Source: Amoebophrya sp. A120
Lineage: Eukaryota; Protista; Dinoflagellata
DNA length: 64,000 bases
Direction: 5' to 3'
NCBI GenBank assembly: GCA_905178155.1
Contig: CAJINV010000015.1
Location: 973,907 to 1,037,906 of the forward strand
The stretch's first letter is position 1, and each line of letters opens with the position of its first letter. Positions 1 to 10,219 of the stretch are shown here, in pieces. Made by a program: the position numbers and the translations under genes. The notes beneath the pieces are model-generated. The model was not told the origin of the DNA. It ran no database searches and saw only the letters and a list, made by a program, of their open reading frames with translations.

Positions 1-2267
1 ACCGGGTTGTTGCAACAATTCACTCGCCGAAGTCACCAGCGTGTTGATGCCACAAGCTCCCGTCCCGCGCGCGATACGGAAATACCCCTCCTCGCCCCAA
101 TCCGCCCCCCACGAGTTCCGAATTTTCCACCATTTCATCACGACGGAGGTCGTCCCATCTTCAGAAGTAGAACCCATTTTTTCAACCATTTCCGCCACCC
201 TGTCCGCCGCGGCTCGGACGGATCCCCGGGCCATAACGCCCTCGGTCTGCAGCTGCAAGTGGTGCTGCAGCAAGCGCTTGGTTTTTCTCGGGTGCTTCGG
301 AACCATTTCCGCCCCGTCTTGGCCAAAAGCGACGATGGCAACACCGTGATCCAACTGTTCCGGGTTACACATCGAAGTTGTTTTCGGCGTAATGATCCCC
401 CCGGAATACAATCGTGTATGAAAGTGGACAACGAAGAACAACTCTCGAGTGGTCTGGTAAGGACCCCTTCAATTTTTTTGAATGTAGCGATGCAAAATTA
501 CAATAAGCTGGGTTCTATCCCTGGCGTAGTCGCACGTCGTCTTTGTCTTCTTGATGCAGGAGTGCATGCGCAGTAATACAAAAACTTTCTTCGCAATGGA
601 GCAAAAAATGACCCCATGGAGAAGCCGCAATTAGTCTTGAGCGTGCGGTCCTTTCTCTTGCTCGCATGTTGTAGACAAGAACCTAGAGTACTTCTTCTCC
701 ACTGTCGTACTGCAAACCGGCCCCTTTCGCATTGATTCCGGCTGACAAAACCCCGTACTTCATCAATGCCGCCGCGATTTCGTCTTCCACGGTGCTGATG
801 GACAAAAACTGCTGGACGAAAATGCGTTCCCGCGCCGGGTCCTGATGACAGCCGTTTCCATCCTTTCCGATGTAGGGGTAATCGCTCTCCAACTCTAACC
901 CAGTCTTCGTGGAGATCAGCCACTGCGCTGCCTGCGCCTGCAAACCCCCCTGGCACCCGAGGCTACTCGGGTGGTCGCAGTCTATCAGTTGCTGCTCAGA
1001 AAGATCGTACAGCTGCTTCAACTCCAGTAACGCCGCCCCCTCGGCATTCGCCACGGTGCTGAAGGCCCAACAGGAACCGCAGCGGCCCTGGTTTTTCACC
1101 GGGTTCGTGTACCCGTTGTCCAGCCAGGAATAACTGTCGGGTAGAGACATCTTCTTCGGGGAATCTGTCACAGTTCCATCAGTCGCTCGAGTATCCACTG
1201 CGAAGGAAAGTATCGCACTTGTCGCACAATTTGCAATCTATCGTTCGAACACAAATCTCGTTCAATTCATCCCAAGGTCAATCAGTATCAGCATGACAAG
1301 CTCCATATTTGTTCAACGAGCAAGTTTGTGAAGATGCAAGTCGTCGTACTAGTACGATGTACAACTTTTGCAAAACATACCGATCCGCGCCGAGCAAATG
1401 CGGCGCCTTCGTCGAGTGCGCCGCGACCATTTTTTTCAAATCTGCAGTGGCTATGGCGTTCTCAGCGAACTGTTACATCCTCAACTGTTACATGAATTTG
1501 TGATGCAAGAATGGCAAAAGTCAAAGGGGTGACCTTGCGCGCCTAGCATGACAGATTTGGCGCAGATTCTCCGCCTGTTTGGCTCTTCGAGAATTTGTCA
1601 TGCGAAGCAGCTTGATCGTATCAATTCTATTTCTATCTAATTGTGATTTTGCATGACAAATTCATGTAACAGTTGAGAATGTAACGCTTGAGAATGCCAT
1701 AGTGGCTGCGGCTTCGTTTTGATCCGGCGTATTATCTCCCGCGACATTCATGAATTCACGCTCCTCCAAGTCGGCGAGGGGGGTTAAGTGAGTGTGCGGA
1801 ATCCAATTGTCGTCGTTTTCGTTCAATTTTTCCAGTTTTTCGAGGTTTTTCAGGAAGATCTGCTTCCGCTTGGTCTCCTCTTCTAGTGATTCGTAGTGCT
1901 TTTTGTAGTGCTGTTTGAACTCCTGCCACTGGAGTTCGGCGAAATTAGTGTCGTCGGGTGGAGAGACTCTTTCCTTGTGAACGACTTGCTGCAAAAGGGA
2001 ATGATCTCCTCGATGTAGTAGATTTGGATTTCCACTATTCATCATAACCTGCGGCTGAAGATCCCAAGATGCTTCCTCATCGACCAAAAAACTGTTTCTT
2101 GTGGACGATGTTTTGGACATGAGACCAGTAGCACTTACTCCCATCAAGTTCATCTTGGCGGCGAGGGGCCCGGCGAAAAGAGAAGTCGTGGCGGAAAAAA
2201 CTACAGCAGCCGCGGTGCTGACCGCCGCAGGTGAATTTCTGGTTGTGGACGATATTGAGAGAACCAT
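1..2267 (-). CDS. Papain-family (C1A, cathepsin L/F-like) cysteine protease, 4 exons, 3' end runs off window
   Basis: I29 prodomain ([24 protein letters not shown]), catalytic [22 protein letters not shown] and [19 protein letters not shown]; frame restored by removing introners at 417-709, 1192-1379 and 1452-1701. Confidence 0.93.
417..709. mobile_element. Decayed introner
   Basis: Degenerate TIR TATGAAAGTGG / CCACTGTCGTA; direct repeat lost, but removing element +5 nt joins GAGL.. to LYSGGIITP in frame. Confidence 0.6.
1192..1379. mobile_element. Introner family A (degenerate)
   Basis: TATCC..AAAGTATCGCACT / ACTTTTGCAAAACATA; DR TCGAG/CCGAT; joins GAD-RATDG. Confidence 0.8.
1452..1701. 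mobile_element. Introner family B
   Basis: TIR TATGGCGTTCTCA..GTTACATGAATTTG; DR GTGGC; joins NEAAAT-ADL. Confidence 0.9.
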
Positions 2268-2533
2268 CGTGAAAAAAAAACCAAAAAAAGTTCTACATCT
2301 TGTTGGTGTTTTTATTTTGAAAGAAGAGAGAGAAACTAGACCTGGTGGTGTCCGGTGTGTTCCTGATGTAGACGTAAAGTTTACGAATAAAAGATGATGA
2401 TGATTGGTGACAAGAGGAAGCTGCTTGCGTCCTAGAGCTTGCGGTTGAGCCCCCCTGCAAAGGAAATGCATATTAAATGGCGCTCTTTGTCGTGTTGGTT
2501 CAGTAGACCAAACAAGAATGACTTTATCACGGA

Positions 2534-2698
2534 AATGAATTGTCGATCCTTCCGCCCAGTCTATGTACGTGCCAATACTTCTCTATGCGGATCTTCCGCA
2601 GAAGCTCATCGGCGGTAATAGTGAAAGGTCAAACGTGCTCCGCGAGGTCGCAACGCTGCATCAAGGAGCACCCTCGCAAGCGTGGGATGCTTGTGACA
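2534..2698. repeat. Split direct repeat B2 (165 bp)
   Basis: Matches 3171-3335 (AATGAATTGTCG...GCTTGTGACA). Confidence 0.95.
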
Positions 2699-3025
2699 AG
2701 CGCCCCAAAGCACCGATGCCAAACGCGAAGAGAGCCGGCAGAGACACGAGTCGGGATCGAAATTCACATCTTTTTCACTTCATTTCACATCACTTTTCAC
2801 ATCTCTCAACAGCTGTCAATGGCCGAGTGTACCTTCTTGTGCATGATCATGATCTCCCGTGGGGTCCTAGTGGATGCTGCCGATCAATTGGCCGGGGCAA
2901 CAGCCGGGGCAAGACGTACTAACATCCGTCATCTTTAGCACATCCAATTACACACGCGACACCGTGTACGGACGCCGCCCGCAATCACACCAACACCGCT
3001 TCGTTTTGAAGGGATGGGAGGGAGG

Positions 3026-3335
3026 GTGATTCAAAACGTGAGAACCACAGGGCTACCCGGGTGATCTTCTTAGATCACCAGAACAACAACTGTATTTCAA
3101 CGTGCTAGGACACGCGGGTATCGAAATTCATCTGCTTTTAGTCGCATCTTGTACGATTCTTTACAAGCTCAATGAATTGTCGATCCTTCCGCCCAGTCTA
3201 TGTACGTGCCAATACTTCTCTATGCGGATCTTCCGCAGAAGCTCATCGGCGGTAATAGTGAAAGGTCAAACGTGCTCCGCGAGGTCGCAACGCTGCATCA
3301 AGGAGCACCCTCGCAAGCGTGGGATGCTTGTGACA
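3026..3335. repeat. Internal junction of repeats A2 (3026-3172) and B1 (3171-3335)
   Basis: 3026-3172 matches 11294-11440; 3171-3335 matches 2534-2698; overlap AA. Confidence 0.95.
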
Positions 3336-3398
3336 TATTTTCCCATATATCCCCAAATCACCACAACTGCGCAAGCAGAACACGCGACGCAGTCCATA

Positions 3399-5843
3399 TT
3401 AATTGCTCTTCACCACCTTCTCGTTCAACTTCTGGAGCCGTATTCGCAAGTCGTCTGCAGGGATCGTCGACAAAATCAGGAACGGGGTCTCGATCGGTTC
3501 CAGCAGTACGCCATCGTCCTCGAAAGGTTGCGTGTGCGCCTTCAGAATGGAGACCTTGAAGAGCTTTGCTGTCATAAACATAAAACGAGATTTGAATTTC
3601 GGGATCAATGCAAGCGCCGCCGGTCGGTCCGCAATCCGCAGCTTGGTCCACTTCATGAACATCTTCAGGATGGGGTACACCAAGTCCAGAGACGGATGGA
3701 ACCACGACACGTGCTGCATGAGGAACTCGTCGGTCTGCTGGAAGCAATCCCAAGCCGCGTAATCGTACAGGAAGCTGTTGCAAATTGCGTTGGAGCCGTC
3801 GCGCTTCGACATCGCATCTAGCGACGGGTAGCCGCCAAGTCGTGCAAACACTGCATCCCTCGTCCGCTTCTTTAGGACCTTGTGGGGATGCATGTCTTGG
3901 AGTTCGCAGCTAAGTCGTAATCTTGACAGCATGTCCGCCACGATGTTGTTCACACCTTGAACATGTTCCGCAACGAGTGATATGCCGTGCTGCGCCAACA
4001 GGGATGCAATTTCGCGACCAGTTTCGGAAAGCACTTTGTTGTTTCCGACATAAAAGCTCAGGTAATGCTTAGCACACTTATTATCGGTTCTTACCAAGAT
4101 GAGTTGTCCTCTAACCCTATGTGCTGCTTTCCGAAACAATTCCAGCCACATGACCAGCTCTCTTCGGTTGGAGGAGGATGCGCTTGCGTCGATTGATTCG
4201 AAGGCACTCGATTCTCTCCATTCGTCACTGTTTGCCGTCACCCCCCACGCCTGCTTCGATGCATCGCCCTTCAGCTGTGTGATGCTCTTTTCCGGAATCT
4301 GCAAAAGCGTTTCTGGCTGGTCTAGTATCGAAGGCGTAAACAAAAACAGCGCCTCGTCCGCTTTTTTGTGAATCGCCAACCTCGGGATGCGTTCTAGTGT
4401 ATCTTTCCACCAAAACCAGTCCCGCAGCATACTGTCGGTCACTTTTATTCTCGGATTCGCCCGCTTGTTGCCTTTCGTCCAAAGCTTTACCGCACCGCTT
4501 TCGGCCAGGGCGTCATAAGATGCGCGCAGAAAAATACGTCCAGCTCGTACAACGAATGTACAGAACGACAATTTCCCGACCACCGTGCACAATTGCTTGG
4601 CCTGCACGTATTTGCTCTGGAACGCAAACGAAATCAACTCGGCCAGTGCTTCCAAAAACTGCTGCCTTTTTCCCTCTTCCACCAGGATTACGAGTTCGTC
4701 AAGATGAATCGTGAATCCGATCCAATCGAATCTCATTGCAGGGAAGATGTATTTGTCGAGTCTCTTGGCCTGCCACTCGTGGAGTCGAATACCTATTGCT
4801 TCAAAAACTTTTCGAAGTCTGATCATTGTCCGGTATACTGCTTCGAAGTTCGTCGGGTCGCGTCCGTCGGTTCCCCTGAAGTCGTCGACGAAGTCGAAGA
4901 GCTGAAGTTCTGGGTACAATTTTTTCGATGCTTTGATGCATTGCTTTATACTGGAATCATTGATGCCTGGTGATATCGCGAGGCCCATCGTGGCGAAGAG
5001 CAAGCTTATTACTTTTCTGCACTCGTTCATTGCTTTGTTGATTGTTTCCCGTGGTATGTCCTCTTCCGTCGTGTCGTCGTCTTCTGGCAATCTAGGATCA
5101 TTTAATCCCATTAGCCTGCGGCTCAGAGCCGCTATGAGCCAATTCCAAAAACAATCCAACGCATCGGCTCCGAATACGTATGCGAACTGCTTGAGGACCG
5201 CGAGGAAGTCCTCTATGGATCGGTACTCCGTGGGGACAGGAACAAGCAGGTCATTTAATCCCACCACCGTGAGATCAAAAACCATGCGGGGTCTGTGGGC
5301 TTTTATTATTATGTTTGCCGGCGCCACCGAGAGACTCGGCGGGGCTTTTTGCCTGTCGCCCCAAGCTATTGCTTTTCCTGTGCTAAGCAATCGCTTGATC
5401 TCCTTGCTTGCTGTTTCCCGATGCTGAGCTACAGAAGGAAAATCCGGTCTGTCGAATGCTGGTTCCTCGCCTTCCGCGGCCGCTTTTTCGTAGAATACCC
5501 CTTCCGCTGTTAATTCCAGCTCGAAACCCGCCAACCAACAGTGCTGAAAGTAGTCGTCGATCTGCAATTTGTTGATGACTTCTGGGTCTATGCTCAATGC
5601 CTTGAATGCCTGTTCGTCCTCCATTTGTCTATAGTTGTCCTGCGGTCCCGATTGGTCCTTCATGTACTGTAAGACCTCGCTCCTGTTCTTCGGTATCTTT
5701 TTTCCGTTCCAAAACCGGTCCGTCACTGGCAGTTGATCTAGCTTCTGCTTGACTTCAGCATCCACTTCGGCATCCCACTGCGGGACAGAAAGAAAGAATT
5801 TGCGACGGAGGAACTCCGCTTCCTCGTACGACAATTCCGGCAT
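3399..5843 (-). CDS. Reverse transcriptase / RNase H / DAM-like methyltransferase polyprotein (814 aa)
   Basis: RT: PRMVFDL, ADALDCFW, MGLAISP, FVDDF; RH: GDASKQAWG, NRREL, RTDNK, HVQGVNNIVADMLSR; C-terminal PSLDAMS..N..WDCF..WFHPSLDLV resembles the DIRS MT domain. Confidence 0.92.
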   Translation of the reverse strand: MPELSYEEAEFLRRKFFLSVPQWDAEVDAEVKQKLDQLPVTDRFWNGKKIPKNRSEVLQYMKDQSGPQDNYRQMEDEQAFKALSIDPEVINKLQIDDYFQHCWLAGFELELTAEGVFYEKAAAEGEEPAFDRPDFPSVAQHRETASKEIKRLLSTGKAIAWGDRQKAPPSLSVAPANIIIKAHRPRMVFDLTVVGLNDLLVPVPTEYRSIEDFLAVLKQFAYVFGADALDCFWNWLIAALSRRLMGLNDPRLPEDDDTTEEDIPRETINKAMNECRKVISLLFATMGLAISPGINDSSIKQCIKASKKLYPELQLFDFVDDFRGTDGRDPTNFEAVYRTMIRLRKVFEAIGIRLHEWQAKRLDKYIFPAMRFDWIGFTIHLDELVILVEEGKRQQFLEALAELISFAFQSKYVQAKQLCTVVGKLSFCTFVVRAGRIFLRASYDALAESGAVKLWTKGNKRANPRIKVTDSMLRDWFWWKDTLERIPRLAIHKKADEALFLFTPSILDQPETLLQIPEKSITQLKGDASKQAWGVTANSDEWRESSAFESIDASASSSNRRELVMWLELFRKAAHRVRGQLILVRTDNKCAKHYLSFYVGNNKVLSETGREIASLLAQHGISLVAEHVQGVNNIVADMLSRLRLSCELQDMHPHKVLKKRTRDAVFARLGGYPSLDAMSKRDGSNAICNSFLYDYAAWDCFQQTDEFLMQHVSWFHPSLDLVYPILKMFMKWTKLRIADRPAALALIPKFKSRFMFMTAKLFKVSILKAHTQPFEDDGVLLEPIETPFLILSTIPADDLRIRLQKLNEKVVKSN

Positions 5844-6010
5844 TTTGGTGTGCTGTCAAAGTCTATGAATAGTGATGACGCGATCGCTTAGCCTGCGGCT
5901 GTAACAAACGGCGCGACTCCCACACCACTGTTACCACGACATGAAACACCAGCCATCCGTGCGCGAGCCTTTGCTTACGCAAGAATTTGCCAATCATCAA
6001 GCTCAATTTC

Positions 6011-8431
6011 TTACACCAACTTCCTTCCTTTCAACTTGTCCATCGTGTCCACAATCGCCTTTGCTTTTTTTGAGTCACCAAAAATGTCAATTCTGTTCAT
6101 GATAGGGTTGCGCCTGGTGCAATTTTCGAGCAAAAGACTCCATTCAACTTTGTGCAATAACTCCCGGTGCTCCGACGAAAACACGTGATGAATATTTTCA
6201 ATGTTATCCATGTGTTCATCAATACGAAAGTATAAAAACTTTTCAGCTACTTTCTTTACTTGGTCTACCTTTTTCAGCTTCCCCAACACTTGTACCACGT
6301 TTCCAATTTTCCTCACCTGCTCCATGGCTTGCAACGCATACTTTGCAGCGTTAGCAATTTGGACAGGTGTACTTTTCGCGTACACCTGGTCCACCATGGC
6401 CCGGGACTTCCACCCTCCTAGCATCTGTGCTAGCTGTCTGTCGCCGGTGGCAAAAATTTCCGCGCCGGACCCCCGCAGCGAAACTCTCGGTCTTGCTGCT
6501 ATTCCTGTTTTCTTGATCATTTCCTTGATCGAGTCGTTTATTCGCTGCGCCGTCATCCTCGTGAACGTCTTCTGCGCCGCGTGGAACGAAGTGAGTAGCA
6601 GCTCATCCTGCGCTTCCACCGCTTTCTGGTTCACGTTCAGGTCCACCACCTCTAGACTGTCCTGCTCGCCCCGTGCCGTAATCACCGTCGGGTACTTCCA
6701 CTTGTACTGGTGCTGCAGCTGCTCCCTGATGCTTCGTAGTGCTTCCACCAGCTGCAGGGGCCGCGGCCGAAGCGAGTCCACATCGGGTACGACCGCATAT
6801 GAACCCACTCCCAACCGATCCGTCTTGGATTTGGCGATCTTAATCTTCACACTGTAATCTGCAAACGAGGTCGCCTCGACGTCCTGCGTTCTTATGTACT
6901 GAAGCTCGGCCTTCCGTCGCTCCGCAAGCACACCGATGCGCAGAAGAAGCATGTTTCGCACCGTCGATGCCAGCGAGGTCAATGCGTTTTTCTGCGCCTT
7001 TTTCATGGCGTACTTCTGCATTTCCGGGTCTGTCCAGCTTCTGATCATGATGCCACCGTCTGCGTGCTTTGTCCAGATGTCCCTCGTTTCTTGTAGTAGC
7101 GTGTTGTTAATCTGCACGAACTCCGACCACGAAATTTTGGATTTGATGTGGGATTCGCTTTTGCCGTGAAAGCATTTCAATTTTATTGCATCACGCAACC
7201 TGACCACGGAGGGAGTATACAAGGACCGGCAATCCAGGTTCGGAGCTTTTGTCTCATGCATAAATTTCAATGCCGACAAAAACCTGCTGAAGTACGACCA
7301 CCGCAACAATCCTTCCCCCGTTTCCCCCTTCGACACGACGCCGAATCCTTTCTCTAGTAACACTCCGTACGAAGTGTAGATCAACATCGACAGGTCGTTG
7401 GAGCTGGTCAACGGTAAGATGCTTGGAGGTAGTTCTGTTGCTTGTAGTGTTGTTTCGAGGATGCTCGTATACGATGCCTCCGTGTTCGTAGCCACTGATC
7501 TTGACCTTAACTCCTCCATCTGCGCCTGCATGGCCGTGAATGCTGTTTCCCCCATTGCGTCAATCATGGTTCGCGGGTTTTCAATTGCTCTGCACCACAC
7601 TGGTATCAGAGGCTTGCGGCTCCCTGTCGCCCCCACCGTGCCAGACTTACTGGCACTTCCTGCAAACCTGTCTTTGGCCAGCAGAAGGTGGCCGTCGTGT
7701 AGTTGTACGAAGGATAGCGCGTGCACCGCTAGATCCATCGCAACTCCGACCAACGCGGGGACCAGCGATCGCACCGACAAGCGCTTGTTCGAAATGAACA
7801 GATCAAACAAGACCTCCTTCGCCTTTTTGATAGCAGCCGTCAATACTTGTGGCATCGCTTCTCGCGGTCCAGCAAGGTTGACGCTTTCGCCTACTTCCGC
7901 AAGTCGTCTTTTGAGTTCTACATTTTTCGCCGTAAATGCTGCATCCGCTAATTCCCAAACTTCGTCGTCGTATTCCCCGTCTGTCATGCGCTTCAACCCG
8001 ATTGCGTTTAGTAGTTGTTGTGGCGGTGTTTTGCTGCTTGCTGCATCGCCGCTGCTACTTTTGCTGCTTCCTCCTATAGCCAGGTCTTGCACGATGCTCC
8101 CTAAACCCGGCAGCGAACGTTTCCGCTTGGCTGCTCTGGCACTGGGCGGCGTTGCAGAAGGTGTTGAATCTCCTTGCAGCTGGCGCCAGGCATCCGCAAC
8201 TGATCGCGCTCTCTTCGTTGTTTCCTGTACTTGTGTTATCTCCTGCTTCGGCTTGGGATGCGAGAGCACAAGCTGCTCATCGCTAGCCTCCGCCTCCTCC
8301 TGCGGAGCGAATTTATCCGCGCCTAGCATGAGTCTTAACGCATTGCTTTTATCATATTTTTCAATGAACTTTCTTTCTAACAAATCCTCGCGCTGCACCT
8401 CTTGTGCAGACGCGAATTCGTCGTCGCTCAT
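6011..8431 (-). CDS. Tyrosine recombinase with long N-terminal extension (806 aa)
   Basis: RN.LLL.IG..AERRKAEL (R), IAKSKTD (K), VSLR (HxxR variant), LGGWKS..VDQVY (W, Y). Confidence 0.88.
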   Translation of the reverse strand: MSDDEFASAQEVQREDLLERKFIEKYDKSNALRLMLGADKFAPQEEAEASDEQLVLSHPKPKQEITQVQETTKRARSVADAWRQLQGDSTPSATPPSARAAKRKRSLPGLGSIVQDLAIGGSSKSSSGDAASSKTPPQQLLNAIGLKRMTDGEYDDEVWELADAAFTAKNVELKRRLAEVGESVNLAGPREAMPQVLTAAIKKAKEVLFDLFISNKRLSVRSLVPALVGVAMDLAVHALSFVQLHDGHLLLAKDRFAGSASKSGTVGATGSRKPLIPVWCRAIENPRTMIDAMGETAFTAMQAQMEELRSRSVATNTEASYTSILETTLQATELPPSILPLTSSNDLSMLIYTSYGVLLEKGFGVVSKGETGEGLLRWSYFSRFLSALKFMHETKAPNLDCRSLYTPSVVRLRDAIKLKCFHGKSESHIKSKISWSEFVQINNTLLQETRDIWTKHADGGIMIRSWTDPEMQKYAMKKAQKNALTSLASTVRNMLLLRIGVLAERRKAELQYIRTQDVEATSFADYSVKIKIAKSKTDRLGVGSYAVVPDVDSLRPRPLQLVEALRSIREQLQHQYKWKYPTVITARGEQDSLEVVDLNVNQKAVEAQDELLLTSFHAAQKTFTRMTAQRINDSIKEMIKKTGIAARPRVSLRGSGAEIFATGDRQLAQMLGGWKSRAMVDQVYAKSTPVQIANAAKYALQAMEQVRKIGNVVQVLGKLKKVDQVKKVAEKFLYFRIDEHMDNIENIHHVFSSEHRELLHKVEWSLLLENCTRRNPIMNRIDIFGDSKKAKAIVDTMDKLKGRKLV

Positions 8432-8841
8432 GCTAAGTTGTGTGACATCTTATCGCCTGCTTCCTCCTCCATCTCCCGTCTCTCGAAGTCACTCTATTGA
8501 TTTTACAACACCTCGTTGTAAATACAACAGCCGCAGCATGCGCGAGCAGCAACTTTGCTGTCCTCGTTTGCGTGCAATCTGATTCAGTTTTCCTTATTCC
8601 TGGTTTCGTATTGTGCCTTCAAATATGTTGATGTCCTGAATTTTTTTGAGTTGTTGTTTCATGTTCATTTTGACGGACAACTTGGTCCCAGATCCTCTGC
8701 TATAATTTTATAAACAAACTAAAATAAATTCAACAGCATAATCCTGAAATTTAATATTTAAATTTTATAACAAGGTCGCACTTGTGATGTTTGTTCCCAA
8801 CAAAACCTCCCTTAGGAGGCTAATGTGCTATTTTTGCTTTC

Positions 8842-10140
8842 CTATCGTGTCGTGGTTTTCGCTTCTTTGCATTCATGGGGCCAGTGCTTATGATACTGTT
8901 TGCAACGACTACACACACCGTGAAACGCATTGCCTTTTTTTGCGCATTCTTTGTATGCATGCTGGGGCACGGATCCATCTGCAATCCAGCAGTTGCGACA
9001 ACCCGGCTTACCATAACCAAAATAATGATCCCACCACAAAAACATCATCTTTTGCGACTTCGATGCTGCCTTCTGGCACGCCTCCCGGTTGTCCCGTTGG
9101 CAGAAACTCTTGGTTTTCTCGTACTTCTGCATCAGCGGCCCGAAGATCTTGTTCATTTCCTCCCACTCCTCGGACTTGACCGCTTCGCTGTAGTCCTGCA
9201 GCGAGAAGTGCTCCCCCTCCGCGAACTTGTACTTCTTTGCTGATGGTGGTGGTGCCGCTTCCGAATCCGGTCTTGCTGCTGACGCTGATGCCATGCTGTC
9301 CCGCTCCCGTTTTCTATTTGCCAGCTTGGCCTTGTCGTCGATGCTCTGTTGCAATCGTCTGGCCGCTTCTTGCGCGGGTACGAATTCCTTACCGAAACTG
9401 CCGCCCATCGCTGCCACCTGGATCTGCAACTGCATTTTTGGTTCTGCAGCTGCTAGTTCCTTGCTGTACAGCGATTTCCACAACATGCTCTCCGCAGAGG
9501 ATGTGGCCGACTTCAGCATCAATTTCGGCTTGGAATACAACGACTTCAGGAGTGTTGCTACCCGTGTTCGCGCCGCGTGGTCCAGTTTGTCGGAGTCGAT
9601 GGAGTTCTTTTTGTCCAGCAGCTTTTTCGTACTGCTCACGCTCCACACCTGCTCTTTGATTCTGGTGCAGATAAATAATATTTCATCCAACAACGCCAGC
9701 ACCAGCGTCCTCATCTCCTCGCTCTTGAATAAGTCGAGTTTGTTGGTGTAAAACACTTTCATTTCGCCGTAGAAGGTCATGAAGTCGCTCAAAGTTGATT
9801 TCCCCGCCTGCCAGTGCTGCTGTACCGCCTCGTCGTCGGATTCCTTCAATCCTAGCGCTACGCCAAATTGGAGATGTCGTCTTGTTTTGCTGACTGCTTC
9901 TTTTGTAATTGTTTTCAATGCCTGACTGCTCTCATCGAGTGCTGAAGAGGATGCTGCCCCTGCTTCTGCTCGTAACCGCTGCTCTTTAGCTGCCTTGATT
10001 ACGAAGAGAGACTCATTGTCTTTCAGCGCTTTGACGTACTGCGGCATCATCGGGAACTTGATGCACTGCTGCGCGCGCACCAGGTCCTCCGCGCCTTCCG
10101 AAGAGCTTCTTGCTCTCGCGCAAGTCACCGCGAAACTCAT
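8842..10140 (-). CDS. Gag-like protein with two C-terminal CCHC-type zinc knuckles (432 aa)
   Basis: CRNC-x9-H-x4-C and CSRC-x5-H-x4-C; lies inside the element upstream of YR. Confidence 0.7.
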   Translation of the reverse strand: MSFAVTCARARSSSEGAEDLVRAQQCIKFPMMPQYVKALKDNESLFVIKAAKEQRLRAEAGAASSSALDESSQALKTITKEAVSKTRRHLQFGVALGLKESDDEAVQQHWQAGKSTLSDFMTFYGEMKVFYTNKLDLFKSEEMRTLVLALLDEILFICTRIKEQVWSVSSTKKLLDKKNSIDSDKLDHAARTRVATLLKSLYSKPKLMLKSATSSAESMLWKSLYSKELAAAEPKMQLQIQVAAMGGSFGKEFVPAQEAARRLQQSIDDKAKLANRKRERDSMASASAARPDSEAAPPPSAKKYKFAEGEHFSLQDYSEAVKSEEWEEMNKIFGPLMQKYEKTKSFCQRDNREACQKAASKSQKMMFLWWDHYFGYGKPGCRNCWIADGSVPQHAYKECAKKGNAFHGVCSRCKQYHKHWPHECKEAKTTTR

Positions 10141-10219
10141 CGCAACCGCGATATCTGTGTGTGAGATGTCATCCGATGATGTTCACCACAACCCAGATCT
10201 ATAAATTTGTCACAAACAA

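Noticed and set aside
6011-8431. The YR as the enzyme that mobilises the introners
   Set aside because: Only proximity supports it; variable 5/8-bp TSDs with TIRs point to a DDE transposase, and the retroelement ends share no sequence with introner ends.
7398-8582. 394-aa plus-strand ORF and other antisense ORFs over the retroelement
   Set aside because: Shadow of the YR/RT coding strand with no recognisable motifs.
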